DNA from: an uncultured Planctomycetota bacterium
GTDB taxonomy: Bacteria; Planctomycetota; Planctomycetia; Gemmatales; Gemmataceae
Assembly (NCBI GenBank): GCA_963849325.1
Contig: CAWKHF010000004.1
Location: 32,001-96,000, forward strand
Reading direction: 5' to 3'
Length of the DNA: 64,000 nt
Part shown: in pieces, positions 22,167 to 32,554 of the stretch
How positions within the stretch are numbered: position 1 is the first letter of the stretch
Layout: each line of letters opens with the position of its first letter
The notes under the pieces: model-generated
The model's input: only the letters and a program-made list of their open reading frames with translations
What the model was told of the DNA's origin: nothing
Databases searched by the model: none
Translations under genes and position numbers: made by a program

Positions 22167-23222
22167 ATGCACGTCCGCTTGGCCCTTGCGTTGTCCATCG
22201 TCGCCGCGCTGGCCGGTGTCGCATCCGCCCAGGAAAACCGCACGTACGCGAACCGCCTCCGTCCCATCAAGAATCCAAAGCCGCTGCTCGCCGACCACCC
22301 CGACTTCGTCGCGCCAATCGAGGAAGTGGCGCGCTTCGAGGCGCCGCTGCTCGTGGACGACAAGGACGCCAACCTGCACGTCCGCGCCTGGCGCTTCTCG
22401 TACAACGCCCGCGGGATCATCGAAATGCCGAACCGTCTGCGGGCAGCGGAGACGGCGGTCATCGTGGTCCATCCGTGGGGCATCGACGACGGCCAGGGGT
22501 GGAAGACGCCCGAGCCGGCCGGCGTCTGCGACTTCTGCACGCCAGCCAAGAACCACCTCGCGGCGCGGCACACGCGCGGGGTCATCAATCCCTTCTTGAA
22601 ATCGCTGCGCGGCAAAGTCGCGTTCGTGATGTACAGCCTCATCGGCCCGGCCGACCCCATCCGCAAGAAGATGTACCGCACTTTCGATTCCAGGCCGACC
22701 GAGACCGAGCGCAAGCAAGCCGCGAAGGATCTGACGGCGAAACTCGCCAGCCTCTCCTACCAGGGTGAGGCGCTCCCGGCGAAGCTGACGCTGTCCACGG
22801 ATCAACCGGTGAGAGACTACTTCCGCCAGTTCCCCGGGCTCGATGCCGGGCCGCGCTACAACGGCCCTGACTTCTGGAACATGCCGGTGCCGGTCACGAA
22901 GGACATTGAGGTGGACGCCGAGGATGTGCTCGTCTTTGACGTGGAGGGCTACGCCCGCCTGCGCGATTTTCTCAAGAGAAACAGGGTCCGCCACGTCCTC
23001 CTTGCCGGCTACGCGACGGATATGTGTTACTGCCGGACGACGGCGGGGTATGAGAACCTCTCGAAAGACTTCAACGTGTTCCTGGTCGGCGACGCCACGC
23101 TGGCGACGTTCCCAGCCAACGTCAGTCCCCGCTGCGCCACGACGGCGGCCGTCTCCTTCGCGGCCCTGAACCAGCTCGTGACGCAGGTATCGTGGGTCCG
23201 CTACGAAGCGGCGAAGAAATGA
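22167..23222 (+). CDS. Secreted isochorismatase-like (cysteine hydrolase fold) protein
   Basis: GGAGGA SD, signal peptide, VLLAGYATDMC, FLVGDATLA. Confidence 0.65.
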   Translation: MHVRLALALSIVAALAGVASAQENRTYANRLRPIKNPKPLLADHPDFVAPIEEVARFEAPLLVDDKDANLHVRAWRFSYNARGIIEMPNRLRAAETAVIVVHPWGIDDGQGWKTPEPAGVCDFCTPAKNHLAARHTRGVINPFLKSLRGKVAFVMYSLIGPADPIRKKMYRTFDSRPTETERKQAAKDLTAKLASLSYQGEALPAKLTLSTDQPVRDYFRQFPGLDAGPRYNGPDFWNMPVPVTKDIEVDAEDVLVFDVEGYARLRDFLKRNRVRHVLLAGYATDMCYCRTTAGYENLSKDFNVFLVGDATLATFPANVSPRCATTAAVSFAALNQLVTQVSWVRYEAAKK

Positions 23223-23253
23223 TCTCTCGTTTAACCAACACGGAAGGCTCGCC

Positions 23254-24253
23254 ATGAATCCCCTTCTTACCCGCCGCGGCTTCCTCGCCGGCTCCGTGGT
23301 CGCCGGCATGGGCTGCCTTACGCCGGCAGCGCGGAAGAACGCCGAGTCCGACAAGGCCCTCATCGCCATCACGCTCGACCTGGAGATGAGCCGCAATTTC
23401 CCGACCTGGGAAACCACGCACTGGGACTACGAGAAGGGCAACCTCAACGACGAGACCAAGAAGTACACCGTCGAGGCGTGCCGGCGCGTCAAGGCGGCGT
23501 GCGGCGTGCTGCACTGCTTCGCCGTCGGCCGCGTCTTCGAGCAGGAGAGCGTCGCCTGGCTCAAGGACATCGCCCAAGCCGGTCATCCGATCGGCAATCA
23601 CACCTACGATCACGTCTACGTCAAGGCCGTCAAACCGCAAGACATTCAATTTCGCTTCCGGCGCGCGCCGTGGCTGATCGACGGCAAAGAGCCGAAGGAC
23701 GTGATCCGCGAGAACATCCGGCTGTGCAGTGCCGCCCTCAAGGCGCGCGTCGGCGTCGATGCGGCGGGCTTCCGCACGCCGGGCGGCTTCGCCAACGGCC
23801 TCGCCGACCGGCCCGACCTACAGCAGATGCTCGCGGACCTCGACTTCACCTGGGTGAGCAGCAAATACCCGGCGCATCCGATGAACGAAGTTGGCAAGGA
23901 GCCGTCGCCAGCGGTCTTCGACGGCATCGTCAAGGCGCAGTCCGAGGCGCAGCCGTTCGTCTACCCGAAGGGACTGATCGAGGTGCCGATGAGTCCGATC
24001 AGCGACATCGGGGCGTTCCGCAGCGGCCACTGGAAACTGGAGTGGTTCCTGAAGGCCGTTCGCCTCGGCGTGGAGTGGGCCATCGACAATAAGGGCGGCC
24101 TTCGACTTCCTCGGGCACCCGTCGTGTCTGTATGTGACCGACCCGGAGTTCAAGACCATCGACCTGATCCGCGACCTGGTGAAGAAAGCGGGGGACAAGG
24201 CGGCACTCGTCGATCTGGGCACGATCGCGCGGCGGGCGAAGCCACGGAAGTAG
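23254..24253 (+). CDS. Polysaccharide deacetylase family protein (Tat signal; frameshift near 24095)
   Basis: TRRGFL, ITLDLE, IGNHTYDH, GFRTPGG; alternative frame continues FDFLGHPS to TAG at 24253. Confidence 0.75.
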
Positions 24254-24316
24254 GTCGCGCGGCGGGGACCGCGAACCACGACGCCGCGAGGCAGAGAAGA
24301 ATGCGTTCCATCCCGT

Positions 24317-25687
24317 TCACTCCTTGCCTTTCCGGCGGGGCAACTCGGCCTTGTTCATGGTCGGCAGCCACTCAAGCAGGCGCTTCTTCGTGTCGGCGAA
24401 CTGGGGATCGCCGGCGACGTTCTTCCACTCGTACGGATCGGCGTCGTGGTCGTAGAGTTCCTCCCCGCCGTCGGCGTAGCGGATGTAGCGCCACCGCTCC
24501 GTCCGTACCGTGTGGTTGTCCTTGTGGAACGTGGTAAGAGCGGGCCGGTCCCACGCGGCCTTCGGGTCGCGGAGGAGAGGCGCGATCGTCACCCCCTCGA
24601 CGTGTCCGGGTGTGGCGAGGCCGCAGATGTCGCACAGCGTCGGGTAGACGCTCATCAGGTCCACGGTTCGATCGCACACCCCGCCCGGCCTGGTGACTCC
24701 CGGGACGACCCAGATATAGGGCATCCGCGTGGCCTCCTCCCACAATGCGAACTTGCGCCAGTGCTCCTTCTCGCCGAGGTGCCAGCCGTGGTCGCCCCAG
24801 AAGACGATGACCGTGTTCTCCTTGTGCGGGGATTTGTCGTAGGCGTCGAGGAGGCGTCCGATCTGGGCGTCGCAGTAGGCGATGGTCGCGAGGTACGCCT
24901 GCACCGCCTCTTTCCACCGGCCAGACCTCCGCATGGCGGCGTGGTCTCCATCCGGCCGGGCCATGCGAACGCCGGCCGGCGGAACGTCCTTCAGGTCGTC
25001 CTTCGTCGTCGGGGGCAATTCGATGCTCTCCAGCGGGAACAGGTCGTAGTACTTCTTCGGCACATTCCAGGGCATGTGCGGCTTGTGAAGCCCCACGGCC
25101 AGGAAGAACGGCTTGTCATGCGTCGTCGTCAGATGCTGGATCCCGTAATCGACGATCGACTCGTCGGGCAATGTCGAGTCGTCGGTGAGCGGCTGGAACT
25201 TGATGCCACCGACGCCGTCGTTTTTCGCCGTCGGGTGCGGCGTCGCCTTCCCTCTCCCGCCGACGAAGTAGTCGGTCCACTCGCCGGGCCGGTGGGCGTT
25301 GGCGTGGTAGATCTTCCCGGCCCCGTACACCTTGTAACCGGCGCTGAGGAACTGCGTGGTCAGGGTCTGCTCGCGGGGGATGACCGGCTTCCAGTCCTGG
25401 CCATTATCGTAGACGCCGGTGCTGCTCGGCCGCAGGCCGGACAGGAGCGCGGCGCGGGACGGGTTGCATACCGGAGCGGCGCAGTACGCCCGCGTGAACG
25501 TGACACCTCGGTTCGCCAGCCGGTCGATGTTCGGCGTCTTCGTCTGCTTGTTCCGGCCCAGGTGGCCGACCCAGTGATTCAGGTCGTCCACCGCGATGAA
25601 CAGGACGTTCGGCCTCTTCGGCGGCTCGGCGGCTCCCGCCGCATACACCACGGCCGCGGCGGCCAGGATGGAGAGGAACCAGCGCAT
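24317..25687 (-). CDS. Sulfatase (iduronate-2-sulfatase/choline-sulfatase-like)
   Basis: PNVLFIAVDDLN, CNPSRAALLSG, KPHMPW, GDHGWHLGEK. Confidence 0.92.
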   Translation of the reverse strand: MRWFLSILAAAAVVYAAGAAEPPKRPNVLFIAVDDLNHWVGHLGRNKQTKTPNIDRLANRGVTFTRAYCAAPVCNPSRAALLSGLRPSSTGVYDNGQDWKPVIPREQTLTTQFLSAGYKVYGAGKIYHANAHRPGEWTDYFVGGRGKATPHPTAKNDGVGGIKFQPLTDDSTLPDESIVDYGIQHLTTTHDKPFFLAVGLHKPHMPWNVPKKYYDLFPLESIELPPTTKDDLKDVPPAGVRMARPDGDHAAMRRSGRWKEAVQAYLATIAYCDAQIGRLLDAYDKSPHKENTVIVFWGDHGWHLGEKEHWRKFALWEEATRMPYIWVVPGVTRPGGVCDRTVDLMSVYPTLCDICGLATPGHVEGVTIAPLLRDPKAAWDRPALTTFHKDNHTVRTERWRYIRYADGGEELYDHDADPYEWKNVAGDPQFADTKKRLLEWLPTMNKAELPRRKGKE

Positions 25688-25711
25688 GGGAATCTCCTGG
25701 TTGTGAACGGG

Positions 25712-27091
25712 TCAGTCCTTCTCACCCCAGACCTTCGGGGTCACGAAACCCTTGGGCCGGGGCCTCGTCTTGGGGGGCACCGCCTCCCGGGCGAACGCGG
25801 CGAGCCGTCCGCGCAGGTCCTTGACGCGGTCGGGTTCCTTGTCGGCGAGGTTGGTCTTCTCGTACGGATCGTCCTTCAGGTTGAACAGTTCGACGCCGCG
25901 CTTGCCGGGGTTCTTCGCCGGGCCGCCGTCGGGGTCGTCGGCGCCATTGCGGACCACAAGCTTCCAGTCGCCCCCACGGATCGCACCGCCGGTCGGGGTA
26001 GTGTTCAGCAGAATCGCATCGTGCGGCGAGGGCTTGCCCTGCGTCAGCGTCGGCCAGAGGTCGCGCCCGTCGAGGGGCAGCTTCTGCTCCGCCTTCGCGC
26101 CGCACAACTTCAGCAGGGTCGGATACCAGTCCACGATGTGCAGCGGTTCGGCGATCGTGGAACCCCGCTGGATGTGGCCCTCCCAGGCGGCGAAGGCGGC
26201 GACGCGGACGCCGCCCTCGTAAAGAGTCGCCTTGCCGGCCCGGTACTTGCCGTTGTCGGTGACGACGCCCGGCCGCGGTCCGCCGTTGTCGCTGCTGAAA
26301 ACGAACAGGGTGTTCTTGCGCACCCCCGCCTTCTCCACGGCGCCCACGATCTGGCCGACGGCCTCGTCCATCGCCGCGAGCATCCCGGCGTACTTGCGCC
26401 GCTCGCCCTTGAGGCTGGGATAAGACTTCGTGTACTCCTCGGGCGCCTGGTGGGGCGCGTGGACGGCGTTGAAGGGCACGTACAGGAAGAACGGCTTCTT
26501 CGCGGCGTTTTCGGCGATGAAGCGAACGGCGTCTTTAGCGATGAGATGAGTGCTGTAACCCTCATCGTGGCAGGCCCGGTCGTCCCTGTGCCAGTCGAAG
26601 CCGCCGTCGCGGACGTGCGTGAAGTAGTCGATCGCTCCGTTGTAGTGGCCGTACTGGTGGTCGAAGCCGCGATGCGTTGGCAGATAGTCCGGAGTGAAGT
26701 GGCCCAGGTGCCATTTGCCGACGAGGGCGGTGGCGTATCCGGCGTCCTGGAGTGCCTGGGCCAGGGTGCGCTCCTCCAGCGGCAGCCCGTACCGCGCCCA
26801 GGGGCGGACCACGCCGACCTGCAGGCCGTGGCGCATCGGGTAGCGGCCGGTCATCAGGGCGGCGCGGGTCGGGCTGCACACCGGCTGGACGTAGAAGGCA
26901 TCGAGGATCGCGCCGGCGGCGGCCAGCTTGTCGATGTGCGGCGTGCGGATTTGCGTGCCGCCCATGAACCCGCAGTCGGCCCGGCCGAGATCGTCGGCGA
27001 GGAGGAAGACCACATTAGGCCGGACCTCCTCGGCCCGAGAGATCGGCCTCAGCCCAAGCAGAATGGCACAAGCGATCGTGAAGTATCTCAT
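25712..27091 (-). CDS. Arylsulfatase B-like sulfatase
   Basis: PNVVFLLADDLG, CSPTRAALMTGRY, GKWHLG, SSDNGG, YEGGVRV. Confidence 0.92.
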   Translation of the reverse strand: MRYFTIACAILLGLRPISRAEEVRPNVVFLLADDLGRADCGFMGGTQIRTPHIDKLAAAGAILDAFYVQPVCSPTRAALMTGRYPMRHGLQVGVVRPWARYGLPLEERTLAQALQDAGYATALVGKWHLGHFTPDYLPTHRGFDHQYGHYNGAIDYFTHVRDGGFDWHRDDRACHDEGYSTHLIAKDAVRFIAENAAKKPFFLYVPFNAVHAPHQAPEEYTKSYPSLKGERRKYAGMLAAMDEAVGQIVGAVEKAGVRKNTLFVFSSDNGGPRPGVVTDNGKYRAGKATLYEGGVRVAAFAAWEGHIQRGSTIAEPLHIVDWYPTLLKLCGAKAEQKLPLDGRDLWPTLTQGKPSPHDAILLNTTPTGGAIRGGDWKLVVRNGADDPDGGPAKNPGKRGVELFNLKDDPYEKTNLADKEPDRVKDLRGRLAAFAREAVPPKTRPRPKGFVTPKVWGEKD

Positions 27092-27144
27092 CTCTCATCC
27101 CCTCTGGGTGCGGCGACTCCGCGAGCCAATCAACCCCCGCCGAG

Positions 27145-28954
27145 CTACTTCACCCGGACGAGTTCGACCGCGCGCACGTCGGCGACCTGGCTGCCTGATA
27201 CCTTGGTCGCTCGGAGCATCAGGGTGGCCCTGCCCGCGCGAAGCTCCACCACCCCGAGCGACAGGGGCCGGAAGTCCTTGACGTAGGACTCTCCGCGGCG
27301 CGGGACACGGTCGTGTTCCTTGCCGCGAAGCGGCGGGTCGTGGCCCTCCGCGATAGTGCCGGTCCATTTCCCCTTGCCGAGGGCCAGTTCCAGAGTCGAA
27401 CCAACGTCCGCCTTCGGGCAGGTGTAATGGACGATCGCCTCGTACCGGCCCGCGGAGTGGACCTCGACCTCCCACGTCATGCGGTCGCCCGGCTTCGTCC
27501 AGCCGGTGAAGAACGAGCAGTTCGGCGCAGGCGCGCTCCGCCGCATCCCACCATGCGGCACCCCGTCGCGGGCAGGCAGCACGGCGCGCGGAAACTCGGC
27601 ATATCCGACCGAGAACGGCCGGTCGTCGGGTTTCGGTAGCTCGCTCAGCACCTCGCGCTTCCAGCGGATCACCGCGTCGGCGAGCCGCTTCGTGACTTCC
27701 GGGTGCTCGGCCGCGACGTTCCTTTGCTGGCCGGGGTCGCTCGTCAGATCGAAGAGTTGCCCGGCTGCATCGAGGCGGAAACGCTGATCGCGGGCACTCA
27801 CCTTCCCCGCCCAGTGCTGGAAGAGGATGCGGTCCGGCGTCGGGGCGTCTTTGCCGAGGAGCCACGGAGCGAGGCTGATGCCGTCCAGCGGCTTGTCGCC
27901 CACGCGGTTGATGCCGGCCAGGTCGAGGAGCGTCGGATACAGATCGACGGCCGCGGCGACGGGCGTGACGACGGTGCCGGACTTCACCTTGCCCGCCCAG
28001 CGGACGAGCAGGGGCGAGCGCACGCCGCCCTCGTCGGTGCTGCCCTTGATCCCCTTCATGCCGCCGTTCCAGCGCCGGCCGTTCGGGCCGTTGTCGCTGA
28101 AATAGACGACGATGGTGCTCCGATCGAGCTTCTGGCCCTCGAGCGCGGCGAGGAGGCGGCCGACGTTCTCGTCGATGTTCTCGCACATGGCGAGCGCGGC
28201 CCGCGTGTGATCGAGATCCTCCTTCTTGTCGCCGGTGAGTTGGAGCTTTACCTTGTCGAACCGCCGCCAGTACTTGTCGGGCACCTGCATCGGCGAGTGC
28301 GGCGTGTTGTACGCGAGGTAACAGAAGGACGGCTTGCCCGCGGCCACGTTCTTCTTCAGGAAGGCAATCGCTCGGTCGGTCAGGTCGTCGGTGATGTAGC
28401 CGTGGCCGCGGACGGGGCGGCCATTGTGGTCGAGCGGCGGATCGAAGTACTCGCCCCAGTGGCCGGAGGTGAACCCGTAGTATTCCGCGAACCCCCGGCC
28501 CTTGGGGTGGTACGGATACTGCGAGCCGTTGTGCCACTTGCCGAAGCAGCCCGTGACGTAGCCCGCCGCCTGGAACGCTTCCGCGATCGTCCGCTCGTCG
28601 AGATCGAGGCGCTCGGCCCCGGTGGAAACGCCGCTCACCCCGCAACGCGGATGCCATCGTCCGGTCAGGAACTCGGCCCGCGTCGGCGAACACACCGGCT
28701 GCACGAAGAACCGCTCGCAGCGCGCCGTCCCTGGCCAGCGCGTCGATGTGCGGCGTCCGCAGGTTCGAGTTGCCATGGAGGCTCAGGTCGCCCCAGCCCT
28801 GATCGTCGGCGAGGATGACGACGACGCTGGGCCGCTCCGCCGCGACAAGGGAGCCTGAGGCGATCAGCCCCGAGAACACGAGGGCGGCGAGGAGAACGCC
28901 CCTGCGGCGCAGGGTGGGCACTGCAAACAACCAGCGCACCGAGAAAGTCCCCAT
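27145..28954 (-). CDS. Arylsulfatase with a C-terminal beta-sandwich domain (frameshift near 28725)
   Basis: [42 protein letters not shown]. Confidence 0.88.
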
Positions 28955-29054
28955 TTGATCCCTTGTGGAGGAATGGTCCCTGGGAGCCTGGATTCGATTT
29001 CAGCAACCAGGTTTAACCCCTGCGCGGAGCATTTGCAATCGTTTTCCCAGAATG

Positions 29055-29097
29055 TGTCAGGCAACAATAGAAATGTCCGCATTTCGGCGACATTTAG
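29055..29097 (+). mobile_element. Solo IS end remnant (IS1202/ISNCY-like)
   Basis: tgtcaggcaacaatagaaatgtccgc resembles TGT...AGAAATGTCC ends and sits exactly where hoxH breaks. Confidence 0.45.
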
Positions 29098-29304
29098 GTG
29101 GCTGACCGGGCAGATACCGCAGACGCGCGCGGTGATGCTTGGCATCTCCCACAGCGGCCGGCCTTCGTACATGCGCTCGAAACCGCGAAACTCGGTGACG
29201 TGAAAATGGGCGTCGCTCACTTGGCCGGCGTCGTCGAGTTGTACCGTGATCTTGGCGTGGCCCTCGATGCGCGTCACCGGGTCGATAAGGATGCGTTGAG
29301 GCAT
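29095..29304 (-). pseudogene. hoxH: Truncated [NiFe] group 3d hydrogenase large subunit (first ~70 aa)
   Basis: [17 protein letters not shown] and the L1 motif [10 protein letters not shown], then homology is lost. Confidence 0.85.
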
Positions 29305-29319
29305 GGATGACTCTCCCCC

Positions 29320-29862
29320 TTAACCGAACTTGAGGTTGCGCCCTTCGAGGTGCGGCGGTTTTCCCTGCAATACGCTTTCCAGCACAGTGCGGATGCGCTC
29401 GGCCGGCGGCGGGCAGCCGGGCAGGAAGTAATCGACCGCCACCACCTGATGCAGTGGCCGCACACGCTCCAAGAGACGCGGCACGATGTCACGCTCGCTG
29501 GGAACCTGCGGATTGACATCGGCCAGTTCCACATAGGCGCGCTCCAGGACCGGCAGGGCGCTGCCGAGCGGATTGCGTAACGCCGTCACGTTGCCGGTCA
29601 CGGCGCAGTCGCCGAAGGCAACCAGAACGCGGCTGCGAGCGCGGACGAGTTGGAGGAAGTGAAAATGGTCCTCGTTGGCGACCGCGCCTTCGACAAGCGT
29701 GACATCCACGTTTTCGGAAAATTCCTTGATGTCGGCCAGCGGTGTGAAAACGATGTCGGCCATCTTCGCCAGGTCGATGAGCCATTCGTCCAGGTCGAGG
29801 AACGACATGTGGCAGCCGGAGCAGCCGCCCAGCCAGACGGTGGCGAGCCTCAGACGTTCCAT
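29320..29862 (-). CDS. hoxY: NAD-reducing hydrogenase small (delta) subunit
   Basis: ATVWLGGCSGCHMSFLDLDE, VEGAV, GDCAVTGNV, LPGCPP. Confidence 0.9.
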   Translation of the reverse strand: MERLRLATVWLGGCSGCHMSFLDLDEWLIDLAKMADIVFTPLADIKEFSENVDVTLVEGAVANEDHFHFLQLVRARSRVLVAFGDCAVTGNVTALRNPLGSALPVLERAYVELADVNPQVPSERDIVPRLLERVRPLHQVVAVDYFLPGCPPPAERIRTVLESVLQGKPPHLEGRNLKFG

Positions 29863-29881
29863 TGCTTCTTCTCCCGAGCGT
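29851..29881 (-). pseudogene. Last ~10 codons of a probable hoxU (AREKKQWNV*)
   Basis: A frame overlapping the hoxY start reads AREKKQWNV-stop; upstream sequence is replaced by ISL3. Confidence 0.4.
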
Positions 29882-30886
29882 TGCGGCCACTTCTTCACGC
29901 CGCCCTCGCCAGGCTTCGTCCGAGGCGCTCATGCCACCGAACGCTTCTTGGAGCAGGCCGTCCGCTTGATCCGTTTCAGTGACATCGCCAACGTCGCCGC
30001 TTTCCTGGGCGTTGCCGAGAAAACCTTGGAAAAGTGGTACGACGACGACGTGGAGCGACAACGGCAGACGCCCCACGTCCCTCTCCAGCCCATCCGCCAA
30101 CTGGGCATTGATGAGTTGGCGTTAAAAAAAAAGTCGGCCAGTTCGTAGCCGTGATCATCGATCATAGCAACGGCCGTGTGCTGGATGTGCTGAAAAGACG
30201 CGAAAAACAGGTGATTCGAGCGTACTTGGAGCGTGGGCGGATGGCGGGTTTGTTGGCCCGGGTGGTCGAAGTCACGACCGACATGTGGGAGGGTTACGTG
30301 CAGGCGGCGCGAGAGGTGTTTGGGGAAGGGGTGCGGGTCACCATCGACCGCTTCCATGTGATGAAGAACTTTCAGGACCACTTGACGGCAGCACGTCGGG
30401 AGAGCCAGCGTCAATTGCCCCGCGAAGAGGCGAAGGCCCTGAAGGGGACACGTTGGCTGTGGTTGACCAACGCGGAGAACTTGACGGAGCAGGAACAAGC
30501 CGAACTGACCGTGTTGCAAGAACCGTTTCCGCTGCTGGGTCGGTTACGGCGGCAGCGCGAGCGTTTGCGTCTTCTTTTTGAAGATGCAGAGATCGACACG
30601 GCAGCGGCCGGGATGAAGTACCTGCGTGCTTGGATGCAGGAAGTTCGGGCTTTGGGTGTGAAGGCGTTGGATAGCTTCTGCAAGACATTGGATCATTGGC
30701 TGGAGAAGATCGCCAACTACGTTGTCAAGCGTGCCAGCAATGTTCGGGTGGAGGGGTTCAATACGGGCCTTCGGTCGATCCTGCGGCGAGCTTTTGGCAT
30801 CTTGAACTTTGAACACTTTCGCCTTCGGGTCTTGGATCGCTTTGGAGTGCCGAGTCCAGCCTAATCAGCAAAGCTCGCGGAGAGCC
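29882..30886 (+). mobile_element. 5'-truncated ISL3-family IS (transposase in two frames)
   Basis: LGIDELALKK, TTDMWEGY, IDRFHV, VEGFN; right end ...cgcggagagcc (reverse GGCTCT, ISL3-type) ends at 30886; no left end. Confidence 0.85.
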
Positions 30887-31459
30887 AACTTTCTTTGCCT
30901 CCCGAACTCCCGGCGTGCCTTTCCGCAGCCCCTTGACTGCCAGCAGGGCGTGGTAGACCGTGCCGGGGATCAGGTCTTCCTCGACAGCGTAGGCGAACAT
31001 CCGCTTGATGCGGTTCACCTGGCTGTTGACGTAGCTCCGCGACCAGTTCTTCGCGATCATCGCCTCGCGGACCCTCTTCAGATCCTTGGGGCGGAAGGCG
31101 TCGGCCGGCTCCCGGCCGTAGCCCTGCTCCTGTAGCACGGTCAGAGCGTCGTTGATGCAGCCGGCCTCCTTGTTCTCGCCGTGATTGGGCCGATAATAGT
31201 CACGGGCGTGCTTCAGGTAGGCCAGGATCACCTCGTTGATCGTGGGGTGGTCGTTCGGCACCAGCGGCTCGTCAGTCGTCACTTCGGGTTGCTTCTGGCG
31301 CTGTTGCCAGGCCCGTATCAGGGCCGCGTACTTCTGCTTGCTGCTGGGTGAGCCGAACGGCCCCAGGTAATGGTCATGGCCATCGATGGTGACGACAGCA
31401 CAATTTCGGGCCTTGTGGTGGCGGTACGAGGGAATTGCTCCCTTCTTCAGTCGTGGCAT
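30887..31459 (-). pseudogene. Tyrosine integrase N-terminal half, cut by ISL3
   Basis: PSYRHHK..AVVTIDG.DHYLG arm-binding region and SAM-like core (VNSQVNRIKRMF); catalytic domain absent; starts ~107 bp downstream of the tRNA fragment. Confidence 0.8.
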
Positions 31460-31566
31460 GGCTGCTGACTCCGGTTTATCCAGTACCGTGTACTGGATTT
31501 CGGGTTCAGCCGCCTTTCCCGACCGTCGGGAGGTAGCGTAAGTTGCTGTCGGCTTTCAAGTTATAG

Positions 31567-31608
31567 TGGGCGCTACTGGACTTGAACCAGTGACCCCCAG
31601 CTTGTCGA
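31567..31608 (-). tRNA. 3' half of tRNA-Val(GAC): att-site remnant, not a functional gene
   Basis: Minus strand reads tcGACaa-gctgg-gggtc-actggTTCAAGTccagt-agcgccc-a: anticodon loop, T-arm and acceptor 3' strand are present; 5' half is absent. Confidence 0.85.
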
Positions 31609-31807
31609 TCAATCCTGGGTCGAGCTTTCTTGATGCTGAAAGCCATTATCTCCCTTCATGTTACGCAGACGGGTTCGCTCAGTCAATCGTGGTCAAACGT
31701 GATAAATCGCATTCTTGCAAGTCCTTGATAATCAAGAACTTCCGAATTTGGCCTTTTCGCAATTCGGAAGAATTCGGAAGCAGTGAAGCGCTGACCCACG
31801 GTGCAAT

Positions 31808-32554
31808 CTAACCCATGACCACCAGCCTCAAACGCTGGTGGTCATGGGTTGGGTAGAACAAGCTGCTCAAGGGGGGTCGCATCTCCCCCGCCATGTTCGC
31901 CTGCCAGACCTTCCCGGTCCTGACCTCCAGCGCCGTGAGCCAGCCCCCGCCGTGGCAGAAGGTGTCGATGCACTTCAGGTAGCCGAGGTCCAGAACCTCG
32001 CCGTTCTTCTGAGGCGTGTGCCCCACGATGGCCACCTTGCCTGAACAGTGCCGGGCTGGGATCGGCGGCAAGGAGGCCCACCGCAGCCCGCCCCAGCGCT
32101 GCTCGTGCAGCGGTCGGTCGGGTTCGTAGTAGGCGTGGACGAAGATGTGCCGCAGCGTCTCGAAGTAGTCCCGGCATCCCTTGATGAACTGAAGATGCTC
32201 CGAGGGGATAAAGGCACGCAGGTCAGCGGGACGAAGTTCCTGTCCGCTACGGTGGCCGTAAGAGGCCAGGGCCTCCGTGCCCCCGAACTTGAGCCAGTAG
32301 CGCAGTTCGGACGACCCTTCGAGGGCGGCGAGCAGCATCTCCTCGTGGTTGCCCAGCAGCGGCACCAGCGTACATCGCTCGGCAAGGGCGATCACCTGCT
32401 CCATAACACCCCGACTGTCCGGCCCCCGGTCGATGTAGTCGCCCAGGAAAACCAGGGTGTCGAGTGCGGCAGGGTCGATGGCTCGGACGAGCGTAGACAG
32501 TGCCGCCGAGCAGCCGTGAACGTCGCCAATCGCTATCGTGCGTCCTTCGGTCAT
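31808..32554 (-). CDS. Metallophosphoesterase (PrpA-like Ser/Thr phosphatase family)
   Basis: GDVHG, GDYIDRG, GNHE, FVHA, VGHTP, CIDT. Confidence 0.9.
   Translation of the reverse strand: MTEGRTIAIGDVHGCSAALSTLVRAIDPAALDTLVFLGDYIDRGPDSRGVMEQVIALAERCTLVPLLGNHEEMLLAALEGSSELRYWLKFGGTEALASYGHRSGQELRPADLRAFIPSEHLQFIKGCRDYFETLRHIFVHAYYEPDRPLHEQRWGGLRWASLPPIPARHCSGKVAIVGHTPQKNGEVLDLGYLKCIDTFCHGGGWLTALEVRTGKVWQANMAGEMRPPLSSLFYPTHDHQRLRLVVMG

Noticed and set aside
20608-22224. 538-aa minus-strand ORF
   Set aside because: Shadow of the PVC-type heme protein.
24446-27286. 946-aa plus-strand ORF
   Set aside because: Antisense shadow of two well-supported sulfatase genes in GC-rich DNA; no motifs.
28864-29898. 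Functional hydrogenase operon
   Set aside because: hoxH is only ~70 aa and no diaphorase or maturation genes are present.
31567-31645. Intact tRNA-Val
   Set aside because: No 5' anticodon stem, D-arm or 5' acceptor strand.
31566-31811. ORF starting MGATGLEPVT
   Set aside because: Typical antisense translation of a tRNA 3' end; not a protein.
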